The notes beneath the pieces were generated by a model, which was not told where the DNA came from, did not search any database, and was given only the letters and a program-made list of their open reading frames with translations. 64,000 nucleotides of DNA. Source: Stegostoma tigrinum (taxonomy: Eukaryota). How positions within the stretch are numbered: position 1 is the stretch's first letter; each line of letters starts with the position of its first letter. This document shows positions 63,938-64,000 of the stretch, one piece after another. A program made the translations under genes and the position numbers. The stretch covers positions 54,049,909 to 54,113,908 of the forward strand of contig NC_081355.1 in assembly GCF_030684315.1 (NCBI RefSeq). Reading direction: 5' to 3'.

Positions 63938-64000
63938 AAGCTTTAATTGAACGAGTATTTTATCAGCAATACTCAAGATTTTCAAAAAATTCTGTCAAGA

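Noticed and set aside
1-64000. CRISPR arrays, operons or prokaryotic defence systems
   Set aside because: The sequence is vertebrate intron/exon DNA with no regularly spaced repeat-spacer array.

Overview
Eukaryotic genomic DNA, almost certainly from an elasmobranch (shark/ray), inferred from HE1-type V-SINEs, CR1/HER1-like LINEs and DeuSINE-like repeats. The window lies entirely inside an axonemal outer-arm dynein heavy chain gene (best match DNAH5) on the minus strand. I could place 14 GT-AG exons (53997 down to 1515; 2783 nt) that splice in continuous frame and cover roughly AAA5, AAA6 and the start of the C-terminal domain. The introns are rich in mobile elements: (i) a near full-length but defective 6.95-kb endogenous retrovirus (55135-62084; two LTRs, TGTC TSD, tRNA-Pro PBS, gag-pro-pol-env, HERV-I-like Gag); (ii) a family of Neptune-type Penelope-like retroelements (RT + GIY-YIG) with a hammerhead-ribozyme-like motif, repeatedly inserted as TSD-flanked fold-back (inverted) structures from about 90 bp to 3.2 kb, including a near-perfect 1336-bp-arm palindrome at 36.8-40.0 kb; (iii) a 5S rRNA/CR1-tail chimera; (iv) a Harbinger transposase fossil; (v) many SINE, CR1 and L2-like fragments. 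All coordinates and mismatch counts were read by eye; repeat boundaries are approximate.
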